A program made the position numbers and the translations under genes. From Promethearchaeota archaeon (GTDB taxonomy: Archaea; Asgardarchaeota; Lokiarchaeia; Sigyniarchaeales; SOKP01), in contig JAGXOA010000008.1 in the NCBI GenBank assembly GCA_019894715.1, positions 6,710 through 70,709 of the forward strand: a stretch of 64,000 nt of DNA, read 5' to 3'. Positions within the stretch are counted from its first letter, which is position 1; every line of letters starts with the position of its first letter. The notes under the pieces are model-generated. The model searched no databases. It had not been told where the DNA came from and saw only the letters and a list, made by a program, of their open reading frames with translations. Shown here in pieces: positions 36,696-46,925 of this stretch.

Positions 36696-37745
36696 TTAAC
36701 AGATTCTTGGAATGGGTTCTCCAATAGGCATATCTATATATCTAGTTCCGCCTACAATTGTTTTCAATAATACATTTTTAGGATTGTCTACTTTTACGAC
36801 ACCAATTATTTCCGCCTCGTTACCTATTTTTGTTTCTTTTATCTTTTCTAATATCCTTTCAGAATGATTAGAATCTACTGCTAAAAGAGCTCTTCCTTCA
36901 CATGCTATATTATAAGGATCTAGTCCAAGCATATCACAAATTGCTTGAACTTGTCTTTTAATTGGTATTTTTTCTTCTTCAATATGTATGCTAAGATTAT
37001 TTTTTTTTGCCCAATCATTTAGAGCACCAGCAATTCCTCCTCTTGTTGGGTCCTTCATAGAATGTACATAATTATTTTGAATTTCATTTTTTATTGAATC
37101 TATTATTGGAGATAACAAAGCTATATCTGATTGAAGATCCGTTGATATATCAAATCCTTCTCTTGTTGCCATGAGAGCTGTTCCATGATCCCCAATGGAT
37201 CCTGTTAATATGATTTTATCACCTACTTTAAGATTCTTATCCTCAATTTTTATACTTTTATTTCTTATTCCTATTCCTGTTGTGGTTATTATTATTTCGT
37301 TTAATGTTCCTCGAGGCATAACTTTTGTATCCCCGGCTATTATAGCAATATTAGCTCTTGCTGCTGTTTTATTAAAAGAATTAACAATTTTATCTAATTT
37401 TTGTAATTCAAATCCTTCTTCAATAATATAGCATGAAGTTAATGCTATGGGTTTCCCACCCATCATTAGAATATCATTTACAGTACCACATATACTTAAT
37501 TGTCCTAAGTCTCCCCCTGGGAAAAAAATAGGAGAAATAGTATGACCATCTGATGTGATAATTAATTCTTTATCATAATTCTCCAAAGGGATTGTAGCAC
37601 CATCATCTAATTCTCCTACACCTATTCCATTATTTATATTTTTAAGGGATATATTTTGAGTTATAAAATTAATTAGTTCTTCTTGTAATATACCACCAGC
37701 TCCATGAGCTAATCTAATAACTTTTAAACTCTCTTTTTCACTCAT
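36696..37745 (-). CDS. hypE: hydrogenase maturation protein HypE
   Basis: PurM-like fold. HGAGG, DPTRGG and the C-terminal PRIC motif. Confidence 0.9.
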   Translation of the reverse strand: MSEKESLKVIRLAHGAGGILQEELINFITQNISLKNINNGIGVGELDDGATIPLENYDKELIITSDGHTISPIFFPGGDLGQLSICGTVNDILMMGGKPIALTSCYIIEEGFELQKLDKIVNSFNKTAARANIAIIAGDTKVMPRGTLNEIIITTTGIGIRNKSIKIEDKNLKVGDKIILTGSIGDHGTALMATREGFDISTDLQSDIALLSPIIDSIKNEIQNNYVHSMKDPTRGGIAGALNDWAKKNNLSIHIEEEKIPIKRQVQAICDMLGLDPYNIACEGRALLAVDSNHSERILEKIKETKIGNEAEIIGVVKVDNPKNVLLKTIVGGTRYIDMPIGEPIPRIC

Positions 37746-37925
37746 AATTAATTGTAAGTAAAAAAATTTAAAAGAATTTAGGAAATAATTTATTTATACC
37801 TAGTTAAAAAAGAAAAGATTTTTATCGATCTCATAATAAAAATTTAGATCTTATTTTAATGTAATATGATTTGTTATTGGTTAAAATAAATTTATTTTAA
37901 TAGTTTAAGAATTTTTTATATTTGA

Positions 37926-40325
37926 ATGAGAAACAAAACAATTGAAATTAATATAATAGGAATCGTTCAAGGAGTAGGATTTCGTCCTCTTTTATTTAAT
38001 TTAGCTAGAGAGCTTAATTTAATGGGATTTATCCAAAATAATGGAAATCTTGGAGTTAAATTAGTATTACAAGGAAAACATCAGAGTTTAAATGAATTTT
38101 TTAAACTATTAAAAGAGAGAAAACCAGAAATCTCTTATATCGAAAAAATAATACAAAATGAATTGGATACTGATATCATTTATAATGATTTAAAGATAAA
38201 AGAAAGCCAGAAGAAAAGTGGATTGAGTTTAACTCTTCCTCCAGATATTTCTATATGTAGGAAATGTTTAGAGGAAATCCAAAATAATAAATTTGAAAGG
38301 TACTATAATTATCCATTTATAGCTTGTTCTAAATGTGGACCTCGATATTCCACAGTGATAGAACTTCCCTATGATAGAGAACGCACTACTATGAATTACT
38401 TCCCTTTTTGTAATTCATGTTATAGAGAGTATAAGGATCCTAACAATCGTCGATTTCATGCTCAAACTTTTGCTTGTAAGATATGTGGTCCAAATTATAA
38501 GCTCTATAATGATGAATTTGAAATTATACAAGAAAGTTCAATTGAGAAAATATTATATGAAACTGCTAAAAGGCTAAAATTAGGTCAAATAGGTGCTATA
38601 AAAGGGATTGGTGGAGTTCATCTTATAGCTCTTGCAAATAATGATGAAATAGTCACTAAATTACGGAAAAGAAAAGTAAAACGTAAGAATAAGCCATTTG
38701 CATTAATGATTCCAGACATAAATATAATTGATGAAGATTTTATAGTTTCTCAAAAGGAAAAGGAAATTATTGAATCATTTAGGCGACCAATAGTACTTTT
38801 AAAAAATAAGCAAAATATCTCTCATCATAATATTAGCGAAAAAGTTGCTCCAGGACTGAATAACATAGGATTCATGCTCCCTTATATGGGGATTCATTAT
38901 CTTCTTTTTAATTTCATAGGAAGAATACCAATTATATACACGAGTGGAAATCCAACAGATATTCCTATGGGTATAAACAACGAAGATATATTTGGTCAAC
39001 TTCATGGAATTGCGGACTTCTTTTTACTACATAATAGAGATATAAATCAGCGTATAGATGATAGTGTACTAAGAATTCATAATAATAAAGTAAAATTAAT
39101 AAGAAGATCAAGAGGGTATGTTCCAGAATATATTACTATGCCTTTTAAATCAAATATTACTGGAGCTCTTGCTACGGGTCCCGAATTAGGAGTATCAGGA
39201 GCTATTCTAAGATTAAATCGTATATTCCCCACTCAATATATTGGAAATATAAAAAATTTAGAAACATTCAATTTTTTAGAAGAATCTCTTTTTCATATGA
39301 AAAAATTACTTCAAATTAAGGATAAAGAACTAAAATTCATTGTTTCAGATGCCCATCCAAATTTTATAACTACAAATTATGCCCAAAAATTATCTGATCA
39401 ATTTTCTATTCCTTTATATAAAATTCAACATCATTATGCCCATATACTAAGTTTAATGATAGAAAATAGGATTAACTGTAATGAAAGAATTATAGGTATT
39501 AGTACTGATGGTATTGGTTATGGAGATGATGGAAATATATGGGGTGGAGAAATATTATCATGCACTTATAATGATTATATTAGATTAGGACACTTAGAAT
39601 ATCAACCTATGATTGGAGGAGATAGATGTACTAAATTTCCTGGAAGAATGGCAGCTTCTATTATTTTAAAAAATTATGAAATAACCGATGCAAAAAGGAT
39701 TTTTAAAAAGATTAATTTAGCGAAGGATTTAGAATATAAGGAAACAGAGTTAAATACTTTAATTTCCCAATTTGAGAAAGAAGATTTTTCATTTTCTAAA
39801 AAACATATTCCATTAACAAGTTCAACAGGTAGAATATTTGATACCGTGTCCTACTTATTAGGTGCTTGTTTTATTAAAACTTATAGAGGGGAACCAGCTA
39901 TGAGATTAGAAAGTCTTGCTTCTAAAGGTAATCCAAAAAATATAGATCTTTCTATCAGTTATGAAAATAAAAATAAATTAACAATAATAAACACGTCTCA
40001 ACTCATTGCTGATATAATTAGTCTTGTAGAAAATAATATTGGTCGAAAAAAGGACATAGCTGCTAAATTTCAAACCACTCTAGCTGATATTTTTGCAGAG
40101 ATTGCAATTAATAAAGCAGAGAAATTAAATATAAAAAAAGTAGGTTTATCAGGAGGAGTTGCATATAATTATAATTTTAATCAAGTCCTTAAGAAAAGGA
40201 TTAGTGATGCTGGATTAGAATACTTAGAACACAATATAATTCCTCCTGGAGATGGAGGTATTAGCATTGGTCAATTAGTAGGAGGTTTGGCAAAACATTT
40301 AGACAAAGGATCGAAAGATAATTAG
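37926..40325 (+). CDS. hypF: carbamoyltransferase HypF
   Basis: Acylphosphatase VQGVGFRP. Two Zn-finger pairs, CRKC..CSKCGPRYS and CNSC..CKICGPNY. YrdC-like KGIGGVHL. Kae1-like C-terminus ending GGISIGQ. Confidence 0.9.
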   Translation: MRNKTIEINIIGIVQGVGFRPLLFNLARELNLMGFIQNNGNLGVKLVLQGKHQSLNEFFKLLKERKPEISYIEKIIQNELDTDIIYNDLKIKESQKKSGLSLTLPPDISICRKCLEEIQNNKFERYYNYPFIACSKCGPRYSTVIELPYDRERTTMNYFPFCNSCYREYKDPNNRRFHAQTFACKICGPNYKLYNDEFEIIQESSIEKILYETAKRLKLGQIGAIKGIGGVHLIALANNDEIVTKLRKRKVKRKNKPFALMIPDINIIDEDFIVSQKEKEIIESFRRPIVLLKNKQNISHHNISEKVAPGLNNIGFMLPYMGIHYLLFNFIGRIPIIYTSGNPTDIPMGINNEDIFGQLHGIADFFLLHNRDINQRIDDSVLRIHNNKVKLIRRSRGYVPEYITMPFKSNITGALATGPELGVSGAILRLNRIFPTQYIGNIKNLETFNFLEESLFHMKKLLQIKDKELKFIVSDAHPNFITTNYAQKLSDQFSIPLYKIQHHYAHILSLMIENRINCNERIIGISTDGIGYGDDGNIWGGEILSCTYNDYIRLGHLEYQPMIGGDRCTKFPGRMAASIILKNYEITDAKRIFKKINLAKDLEYKETELNTLISQFEKEDFSFSKKHIPLTSSTGRIFDTVSYLLGACFIKTYRGEPAMRLESLASKGNPKNIDLSISYENKNKLTIINTSQLIADIISLVENNIGRKKDIAAKFQTTLADIFAEIAINKAEKLNIKKVGLSGGVAYNYNFNQVLKKRISDAGLEYLEHNIIPPGDGGISIGQLVGGLAKHLDKGSKDN

Positions 40326-40342
40326 TGCGTACAAGCCATTCT

Positions 40343-40666
40343 CTAATGGAAAAAAAAAGGATATTGGATTGCACAGCGCATAATCCGTTCCTTGAGCATA
40401 GTCTTGGCAGGGTGAGTGCTATATATCTCATTAAGCTTCAATTTGTTGTAAATATTCCGTTTCACGTGCGCTTTGGACTCTCTTGAAAAATCTAACAAGG
40501 ATAACTGACCAGTACTTAGTTTATCAAGAAACAGAGTAAGGTAGGTATTTTCCAGCTCTCGAAAGGCAATCATTCGCTCCTTGATACGTTGGTATATACC
40601 ATTCTTATCCAGATTGTTTGGAATCAACGATACGGTTCGAGTAATGATAGGTGGGGCAGACGTCAT
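40343..40666 (-). pseudogene. tnpB: truncated tnpB (only ~107 N-terminal codons; RuvC-like part and omega-RNA region absent)
   Basis: MTSAPPIITRTVSLIPNNLDKNGIYQRIKERMIAFRELENTYL... resembles TnpB/OrfB N-termini. The ORF ends right after an A9 run, 18 nt from the hypF stop codon. Confidence 0.55.
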
Positions 40667-40776
40667 CGGGAAAAGATAGAAGAATTTTTATATATATAAA
40701 ACAATGGACATGAATCTATTTAAACCATGGGAAGGTCAAGATTTTTTAAATTTCATAATGTTGAGATTTGTAAGAT

Positions 40777-41373
40777 TCAAGCGTCCTTCATTAATTTTTT
40801 TCCCGAGCACCTCATTCGATACAATTTCCCACTAAATGGATGGATGATGGCCACCAAGTCATCTACCATCTCACTTTCTGGACTTTTTTTATCCAATTCA
40901 TGCAAGTAATTGACAGAGACGTTAAATTCTGCTAAATAATTTTGCAAATATTCAAATCCAAACCTAGTGAGCCAGTCCTTATACGTCAGCAGGACATGCG
41001 AAAAACAATTTTTTCTCGCATCTCGCACCATTTTCCACAGATTTTTCCGGCGGATATTCAATCCTGAAGCTACGTCCTTGTAAACATGATTTACCTTTAG
41101 ACCGATTTTTTTTGCATGCTCTTTGAGTTGTTCCACTTGCCGTTCCAAGTCACCTCGCTTGGATTGTTTGTGTGAGGAAACTCTTTCATAAATGACGCAG
41201 GTGTTTTTAAAACTTGAATGAGGATGAGATATTTCTTGTTTATAGGAATTCTTAAGTATTAATCGCTTGATTTCGAGAACAGGAAATCGTCGATGACCTC
41301 CCAGAGTTCTTACGCAAGTAATTTTTCGCTTTTTTTCCCATCGACGTAGAGTCTTGATGCACACTCCAAGCAT
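40777..41373 (-). CDS. tnpA: IS607-type serine recombinase transposase (MerR-like HTH plus resolvase catalytic domain)
   Basis: HTH LGVCIKTLRRWEKKRKI and catalytic VIYERVSSHKQ..DLERQ. The homologous frame continues upstream (..YIIGITAL before the first Met) without a canonical start codon. Confidence 0.8.
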   Translation of the reverse strand: MLGVCIKTLRRWEKKRKITCVRTLGGHRRFPVLEIKRLILKNSYKQEISHPHSSFKNTCVIYERVSSHKQSKRGDLERQVEQLKEHAKKIGLKVNHVYKDVASGLNIRRKNLWKMVRDARKNCFSHVLLTYKDWLTRFGFEYLQNYLAEFNVSVNYLHELDKKSPESEMVDDLVAIIHPFSGKLYRMRCSGKKLMKDA

Positions 41374-41771
41374 GAGGGCTGTAATTCCAATGATATATAT
41401 AAAGAAAAAGATTTAATAAGAAGATTTAAAGTTTTGAATTATCTGCGTCGTATATCCATTTAAATAGTGTCCAGATTCGTCTATAATTTCGGAAACTATG
41501 ATTTACCCAGCTTCTTGGACTATATCATTTAAAAAAGCATTTGAAGTGCTTTATTATTTTTTTGAGAAAGGAGATAAAGCTCCATGGATCACATGGCAGG
41601 AAAATTGATTACTACCAAAATAATTTGAAGATTTCATCAATTTATGTTTCTTAAAGTAGTTTTATTGTATAATAAAATATCATGGGTTCAAAAGCTTTAT
41701 TTTAAAAATCAAAAAAATAAAATCTTTTGAAAAATTATAAATAATAAAAAATAATAAGAAGGTATTTATTT

Positions 41772-42593
41772 TTGACATTAACAAAGCGTATTATTCCTTG
41801 CCTAGATGTCACAAAAGGAAGGGTTGTAAAAGGAATTAAATTTCTTGAATTAAAAGATGCTGGAGATGCTGTACAATTAGGAAAATTTTATGATGAACAG
41901 GGTGCAGATGAACTTGTATTTTTAGATATCACTGCTTCTTCTGATAAACGAAAAATCTTAATAGATTTGGTAGAAAGAACTAGTGAACAAGTTTTTATTC
42001 CTTTTACTGTTGGAGGAGGCATACGTACTGTTAAAGATATAAAAGAAATTTTACGAGCAGGGGCAGATAAAGTCTCTCTAAACACATCTGCTGTCAAGAA
42101 TCCCAATGTTATTAGAGAAGGTGCAAAAATATTTGGATCTCAATGTATTGTAACTGCAATTGATGCAAAAAGAGTATATATTAATTCTCCTGAAGAAGCA
42201 AAAGATAAAATAATTATAAAATTACAAAATAAAGAAAAATATTGTTATTGGGAAGTATACATACACGGAGGAAGAACTCCTACAGGAAAAGATGCAATTC
42301 AATGGGGAATAGATGCTCAGAATTTAGGCAGTGGTGAGATATTACTAACTTCAATGGATATGGATGGAGTAAAAGAAGGTTATGATTTAGAACTTACAAA
42401 AGCATTTAATGAAAAATTAAGTGTACCAATCATAGCATCAGGAGGTGCAGGGAACCCTCAACATATAATAGAGGCTTTTACAAAAGGAAAAGCCGATGCT
42501 GCATTAGCGGCTTCTATATTTCACTTTGGAGAATATACAATTGAAGAAGTTAAAAATTTATGTCAAAAAGAAGGAATTCCTATGAGGATATAA
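41772..42593 (+). CDS. hisF: imidazole glycerol phosphate synthase cyclase subunit HisF
   Basis: TTG start. Motifs [26 protein letters not shown] and ASGGAG. Confidence 0.9.
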   Translation: MTLTKRIIPCLDVTKGRVVKGIKFLELKDAGDAVQLGKFYDEQGADELVFLDITASSDKRKILIDLVERTSEQVFIPFTVGGGIRTVKDIKEILRAGADKVSLNTSAVKNPNVIREGAKIFGSQCIVTAIDAKRVYINSPEEAKDKIIIKLQNKEKYCYWEVYIHGGRTPTGKDAIQWGIDAQNLGSGEILLTSMDMDGVKEGYDLELTKAFNEKLSVPIIASGGAGNPQHIIEAFTKGKADAALAASIFHFGEYTIEEVKNLCQKEGIPMRI

Positions 42594-42596
42594 AAT

Positions 42597-43226
42597 ATGA
42601 CATTCTATATTGCGATAATTGATTATGAAATGGGTAATCTGAAGAGTATTACTAAATTAATACAACATTTAGGAGCTAAAAGCATTATTACATCAAATCA
42701 TAAGGAGATTTTTAACGCTAATGGAGTAATATTACCTGGTGTAGGTGCATTTGGAGACGCTATGGAGCAATTAAGAAAGAAAAATCTTATTTCTGCTATT
42801 AATCGTTTAAAGGAAGATAATAAACCTCTATTTGGAATATGTCTTGGTCAGCAACTATTATTTTCAAAAAGTCTAGAAATGGGTGAACATGAAGGATTGG
42901 ATCTGATAAAAGGTTCAGTTATACCTTTTGATCTGAAAAAGGTAGATAAAGTTCCTCAAATTGGCTGGAATTCTGTTAATTTTATAAATAATGATCATTA
43001 TCTAACAAAAAATATTCCTAATAATTCCTATTTTTATTTTGTCCATAGTTTTTATGTAAATCCAGAGAATAGAAATGATATAATAGGAATTACTAAATAT
43101 GGCGAAATTGAGTTTAGTTCTATAGTATTTAAAGATAATATTGTTGCGACACAATTCCATCCAGAAAAATCTAGTAAACATGGAATAATGATGTATCAGA
43201 ATTTTATAGATTATTGTAAGAAATAG
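42597..43226 (+). CDS. hisH: imidazole glycerol phosphate synthase glutaminase subunit HisH
   Basis: IAIIDYEMGNLKS, the nucleophile-elbow GICLGQQLL, and QFHPEKS. Confidence 0.9.
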   Translation: MTFYIAIIDYEMGNLKSITKLIQHLGAKSIITSNHKEIFNANGVILPGVGAFGDAMEQLRKKNLISAINRLKEDNKPLFGICLGQQLLFSKSLEMGEHEGLDLIKGSVIPFDLKKVDKVPQIGWNSVNFINNDHYLTKNIPNNSYFYFVHSFYVNPENRNDIIGITKYGEIEFSSIVFKDNIVATQFHPEKSSKHGIMMYQNFIDYCKK

Positions 43227-43321
43227 ACTATTTTTTTCCTTGTTTTTCAAACCTATTAACATGTAAGAAATAAAATTCAAAATCTGGATTATTTGAATAT
43301 TAATTATTAATAAGAAATCTA

Positions 43322-44842
43322 CTAAGTACGGGAAGTCTTAATTGAATTTTCCAAATTACTCAATTTATTTATTGATTTTAATGGATAGATTCCATTTAAA
43401 CAAGCTTTACATAATCCTGTATTAAGATTTATTGCTTTCTCTAAATCTTCAATAGTTTGATATAGTAAGGAATCTGCACCTATAATTTCTTTAATTTTTT
43501 CTACATATTCAGTTATACCATACTGTTTTAAACATCTTCCAGCAATAAGTTCATCACATGTTGGAAAATCTATACCCATATAACATGCACTAACAACAGG
43601 AGGGCAACTAATTCTAACATTAACAGATTTTGCACCTGCATCTTTGATTAAGGAAATGATTTGTTTTGTAGTTGTGCCTCTTACTATTGAATCATCTATT
43701 AAAATTACATCTTTTCCTTCAATTACACTTCTAATAGGATTTAATTTCTCATGTACAGCTGTGTTTCTTTTTTTCTGACCAGGCATTATAAAGGTTCGCC
43801 ATACATATCTATTTTTCATTAATCCTTCCACATATGGGATTCCTGCTTGTTTTGAATATCCGACAGCAGAACTTCTTCCGGAATCAGGCACAGGTACAAT
43901 TATGGCATTTTCTTTAAATTGAAGATTTTTTAAAAGTGGATCTTGTCTTGCTAGATTTTGTCCCATTCTATATCTTGCTTTAGCGACCGAGATCCCATCA
44001 ATTACTGAATCCGGTCGAGCAAAATAAACAAATTCAAATTGACATAGAGCTGTTTTTTCTGAATAAATTTGTAATTCTGAATGTATATCTTTTTGATGAC
44101 TCAGATGAACAATTTCCCCAGGTTTCACATCCCTCAGAAAGGTAGCACCAACAGCATCGAGAGCACATGATTCTGACGCAATAAAATAAAGGTTGCGTTT
44201 TTCAGTTTTTTTCTCTCCAATACAAAGAGGTTTAAATCCTAAAGGATCTCTAATAGCATAAATATCTCCCTCAGAAGTTAAAATTATAAATGAATATGAA
44301 CCATCTAAGAATTTACTTGCTGTTTTTATAATTTCTGGCCAGCTTTCTGTACCTAAAGATATAGAAGCCATTAATTGTGCAATAACTTCCGTATCAGTAT
44401 TGGTAATAAAAATTCTCCCCATATCTTCCATTTCTTTTTTTATTTCTTCAAAATTTGGAATAGTTCCATTAAAGGCAAATGAGAATTCAATTTCATTATT
44501 TTTAAAATGATAAGGTTGAATATAATTTTGAGATGAAAAGCCTTCAGAGCCAGTTGTAGCATATCTATTATGACCGATTCCTATATTTCCCCAATATCGA
44601 GAAAGAATCTTATCGTTTAAAACTTTAGATACTAAACCCTTCCTTTTATATGTATTAATCTTTCCTCCGGTTTTGAGAATTGATATTCCAGATGATTCCT
44701 GTCCACGATGTTGGAGTGCAATTAGTCCAGTATAAAGGATCTGGGAAACAGAGAATCCTATATCATCACAAGTTACACCAAAAACAGCACAATGCTCTTT
44801 TGGTTTATCAATTTTAGTTTTTCTACTTATAATTGGGACCAT
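43322..44842 (-). CDS. purF: amidophosphoribosyltransferase PurF
   Basis: Ntn Cys EHCAVFGV, RGQESSGI, the PRPP loop VILIDDSIVRGTT, and C-terminal Cys residues. Confidence 0.9.
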   Translation of the reverse strand: MVPIISRKTKIDKPKEHCAVFGVTCDDIGFSVSQILYTGLIALQHRGQESSGISILKTGGKINTYKRKGLVSKVLNDKILSRYWGNIGIGHNRYATTGSEGFSSQNYIQPYHFKNNEIEFSFAFNGTIPNFEEIKKEMEDMGRIFITNTDTEVIAQLMASISLGTESWPEIIKTASKFLDGSYSFIILTSEGDIYAIRDPLGFKPLCIGEKKTEKRNLYFIASESCALDAVGATFLRDVKPGEIVHLSHQKDIHSELQIYSEKTALCQFEFVYFARPDSVIDGISVAKARYRMGQNLARQDPLLKNLQFKENAIIVPVPDSGRSSAVGYSKQAGIPYVEGLMKNRYVWRTFIMPGQKKRNTAVHEKLNPIRSVIEGKDVILIDDSIVRGTTTKQIISLIKDAGAKSVNVRISCPPVVSACYMGIDFPTCDELIAGRCLKQYGITEYVEKIKEIIGADSLLYQTIEDLEKAINLNTGLCKACLNGIYPLKSINKLSNLENSIKTSRT

Positions 44843-44952
44843 TTTAGTTATCCAAAAATTAGAAAATTTACTTTAATTTCAATTTATTAAAATAATTTAT
44901 AATTTTAAAAATTAGCTTAATATTTTATTAATAACTTTTCAGTTTAAAGTGA

Positions 44953-45627
44953 TTAAATATAACAAATAATAATAAAACGCTTGCTTTTGTAATTCTTATA
45001 GGAGGAAAAAGCAATCGATTTGGTAGTGATAAAGGATTATATGAAATAAATAAAAAGTCTATTATATCATACCAATTAGATATTTTAGAAGAATTTAATC
45101 ATAATATTTTTTTAGGAGCACATTCTTTCAAACAAGTCCAAAATTATATAGATAAAATAAGTTATGGAAAACTGACAGGATTCATTCTAGATGATTATCA
45201 AATAACTCCAGATAAAAAATTAAGAACTCCAATGATAGGATTATATTCTAGTTTAAAAGAATTAAATAAATTAGGATATAAACGTCAATTCACTATTTCA
45301 TGTGATATGCCCTTTATTAAACCTAAAGTAATTAGATATATGAGTTTTAATTTTAAAGAATATGATTATGTCATACCACAATGGAATAATGGCTATATAG
45401 AACCATTATTTGCTATTTATCCAATAAAAGCAACATTAAAAATGGTAGTTAATTGTTTAGAGTCAAAAAAACTAAAATTAACAAACCTATTGGACAAAAA
45501 ATCAACCAAACGATTCATATCAATAGAAAATGAGATAATTAAATATGATAATGACCTAAATACATTTATTAACATTAATAAAAAACAAGATGTTCAAATA
45601 GCGAAGAAAAAAATAAAAAAAAAATGA
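44953..45627 (+). CDS. mobA: MobA-like molybdenum cofactor guanylyltransferase; true start unclear
   Basis: The track ORF (45232-45627) holds only the C-terminal half (SCDMPFI). The same frame is open upstream to 44953 and encodes AFVILIGGKSNRFGSDKGL, the LAGGxSxRMG-type nucleotide loop. There is no ATG/GTG/TTG in that stretch. Confidence 0.55.
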   Translation, partial: LNITNNNKTLAFVILIGGKSNRFGSDKGLYEINKKSIISYQLDILEEFNHNIFLGAHSFKQVQNYIDKISYGKLTGFILDDYQITPDKKLRTPMIGLYSSLKELNKLGYKRQFTISCDMPFIKPKVIRYMSFNFKEYDYVIPQWNNGYIEPLFAIYPIKATLKMVVNCLESKKLKLTNLLDKKSTKRFISIENEIIKYDNDLNTFININKKQDVQIAKKKIKKK

Positions 45628-45629
45628 TT

Positions 45630-46139
45630 TTAATATGTCTCTTCTCTTGGAAGGACAGCACTAATTATTCCAACAGCTCCACCTGCTACTACTAAAATTA
45701 CCCCTAATCCTAAATCACCTATATTAAGGAGATATGGAAAAGTATCTTCTATAAGTGGACTATCAGACAATACAGCCATCATATAATTTATATAGATATT
45801 AGAAATAGGAATAGTAATTGCCATTAACATAATTGTACCAATTACTAATGGAAATAGAGAGAAAATAAAAATTCCTGCTCTGCTTTTTATTCCTATTAGT
45901 TGAACAAATCCAGATATAGCAAAAATTATCATAAGAATAATGACAATATAGACAACCCAAACGCCACCCATAGCCGATCCATATGAGTCTGCGCTTTCAA
46001 AAGTTTGACCTATATCTTCAAAAACACCAAGTGCTGATGCTACTGTATTAGGAGCTGTTCCGGGAAACATAGCGAAAACATATGACCCTAAGATTGTCAA
46101 TATAGCAGCTATTATTGCTAAATATTTACCTGCGCCCAA
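45630..46139 (-). CDS. small polytopic membrane protein, paralogue 1
   Basis: TTG start. 169 aa with about 5 hydrophobic segments. C-terminus GLGVILVVAGGAVGIISAVLPREETY. Paralogous to 46926-47375. Confidence 0.6.
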   Translation of the reverse strand: MGAGKYLAIIAAILTILGSYVFAMFPGTAPNTVASALGVFEDIGQTFESADSYGSAMGGVWVVYIVIILMIIFAISGFVQLIGIKSRAGIFIFSLFPLVIGTIMLMAITIPISNIYINYMMAVLSDSPLIEDTFPYLLNIGDLGLGVILVVAGGAVGIISAVLPREETY

Positions 46140-46255
46140 AATTTTTTACCTTATTAATATTGAATTATTATTAATTTATATCAAATATGTTCAATTATAA
46201 AGTTTGCTAAAAATTCTCTCTTAAAACTAAATCTAATAATTTATCATAATAACAA

Positions 46256-46845
46256 AAGAAAGCCCATTCCTTTAGGGAGGAGACAAATTTTGTTATAAAA
46301 ATTATTGCAAAAATCACTAATCGATATCATACCTTATTCTTAAATATAGGAAAATATTGATAATATCAGGGTTGATCATAGCTTACAAAAATCTTGACAA
46401 ATATCTGGACATTTTTTAAATTATTATTAGATTAGAAGGTTTTTTTATAATTTTATATATAGAAAAAAATCTATACTCATTTTATATATAAAATTTAGAA
46501 AATCAAGCTCGACTTTTTCTTTATATATGAATGTATATTATGAAGATAGCAAAAAAAAAAAATAGAATTGATAATATAAGAAAGAAATTATTATATTTTT
46601 CTCATTGGAATTAAAAATAAAGTGAAAGAGGATTTCCTTCAAATCGAGAAGAAATTATAAATTCTTTGGCTATGTCTATATGGTGTAGTCATGATCGTCC
46701 GTTGCCGATCCCTCAGGAGGTCATTTATTGATGTCCATAAATGTCCAGATTTTTTGCAACGGTAGAGAACAATTCTATAGTGTCTAAGATTCTCATTGAG
46801 GTTTAGGGACTGCAAATCCACTTCATTTAGGTATTGGTAGTTCAA
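46256..46845 (-). repeat. Family-B hairpin-ended repeat, long copy B-46 (~590 bp, with internal cargo)
   Basis: The reverse complement starts TTGAACTACCAATACCTAAATGAAGTGGATTTGCAGTCCCTAA and ends TCTCCTCCCTAAAGGAATGGGCTTTCTT. Both termini are colinear with the ~194-bp copy at 58521-58714, and about 380 bp of extra sequence lies between them. Confidence 0.7.
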
Positions 46846-46925
46846 ATTCTATTATTTCAATGAATTATATATAACTTTTTATTTAAATCAATATAAAATC
46901 CTAAAATAAAAAAAAAAATTAAAGA

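Larger units (their letters stand above)
40326..41400 (-). mobile_element. degraded IS607-family insertion sequence (tnpA plus 5' fragment of tnpB)
   Basis: A block visibly richer in G+C than its flanks. It carries a MerR-HTH/serine-recombinase gene followed on the same strand by an N-terminal TnpB-like fragment. Ends are not defined. Confidence 0.7.

Noticed and set aside
40727-40909. 60-aa plus-strand ORF inside the IS607 remnant
   Set aside because: It is antisense to the 3' end of tnpA and has no motif. It is made possible only by the locally higher GC content.
41440-41620. Moderately GC-richer stretch upstream of hisF, with a small hairpin (aagcatttgaagtgctt plus T-run), as a possible left end or leader RNA of the IS
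   Set aside because: It has no similarity to the other repeats, no ORF, and no clear terminal structure. There is too little evidence to call a feature, and it may just be residual IS-flank sequence.
46639-46845. 68-aa minus-strand ORF (MNYQYLNEVDLQSLNLNENLRHYRIVLYRC...)
   Set aside because: It lies entirely inside the Family-B repeat B-46. Its start coincides with the TTGAAC/hairpin terminus. The homologous stretch in copy B-58 has Leu instead of Met at the start and hits a stop after ..NLRHYRIFLYPN. Conservation is at DNA level, not protein level.
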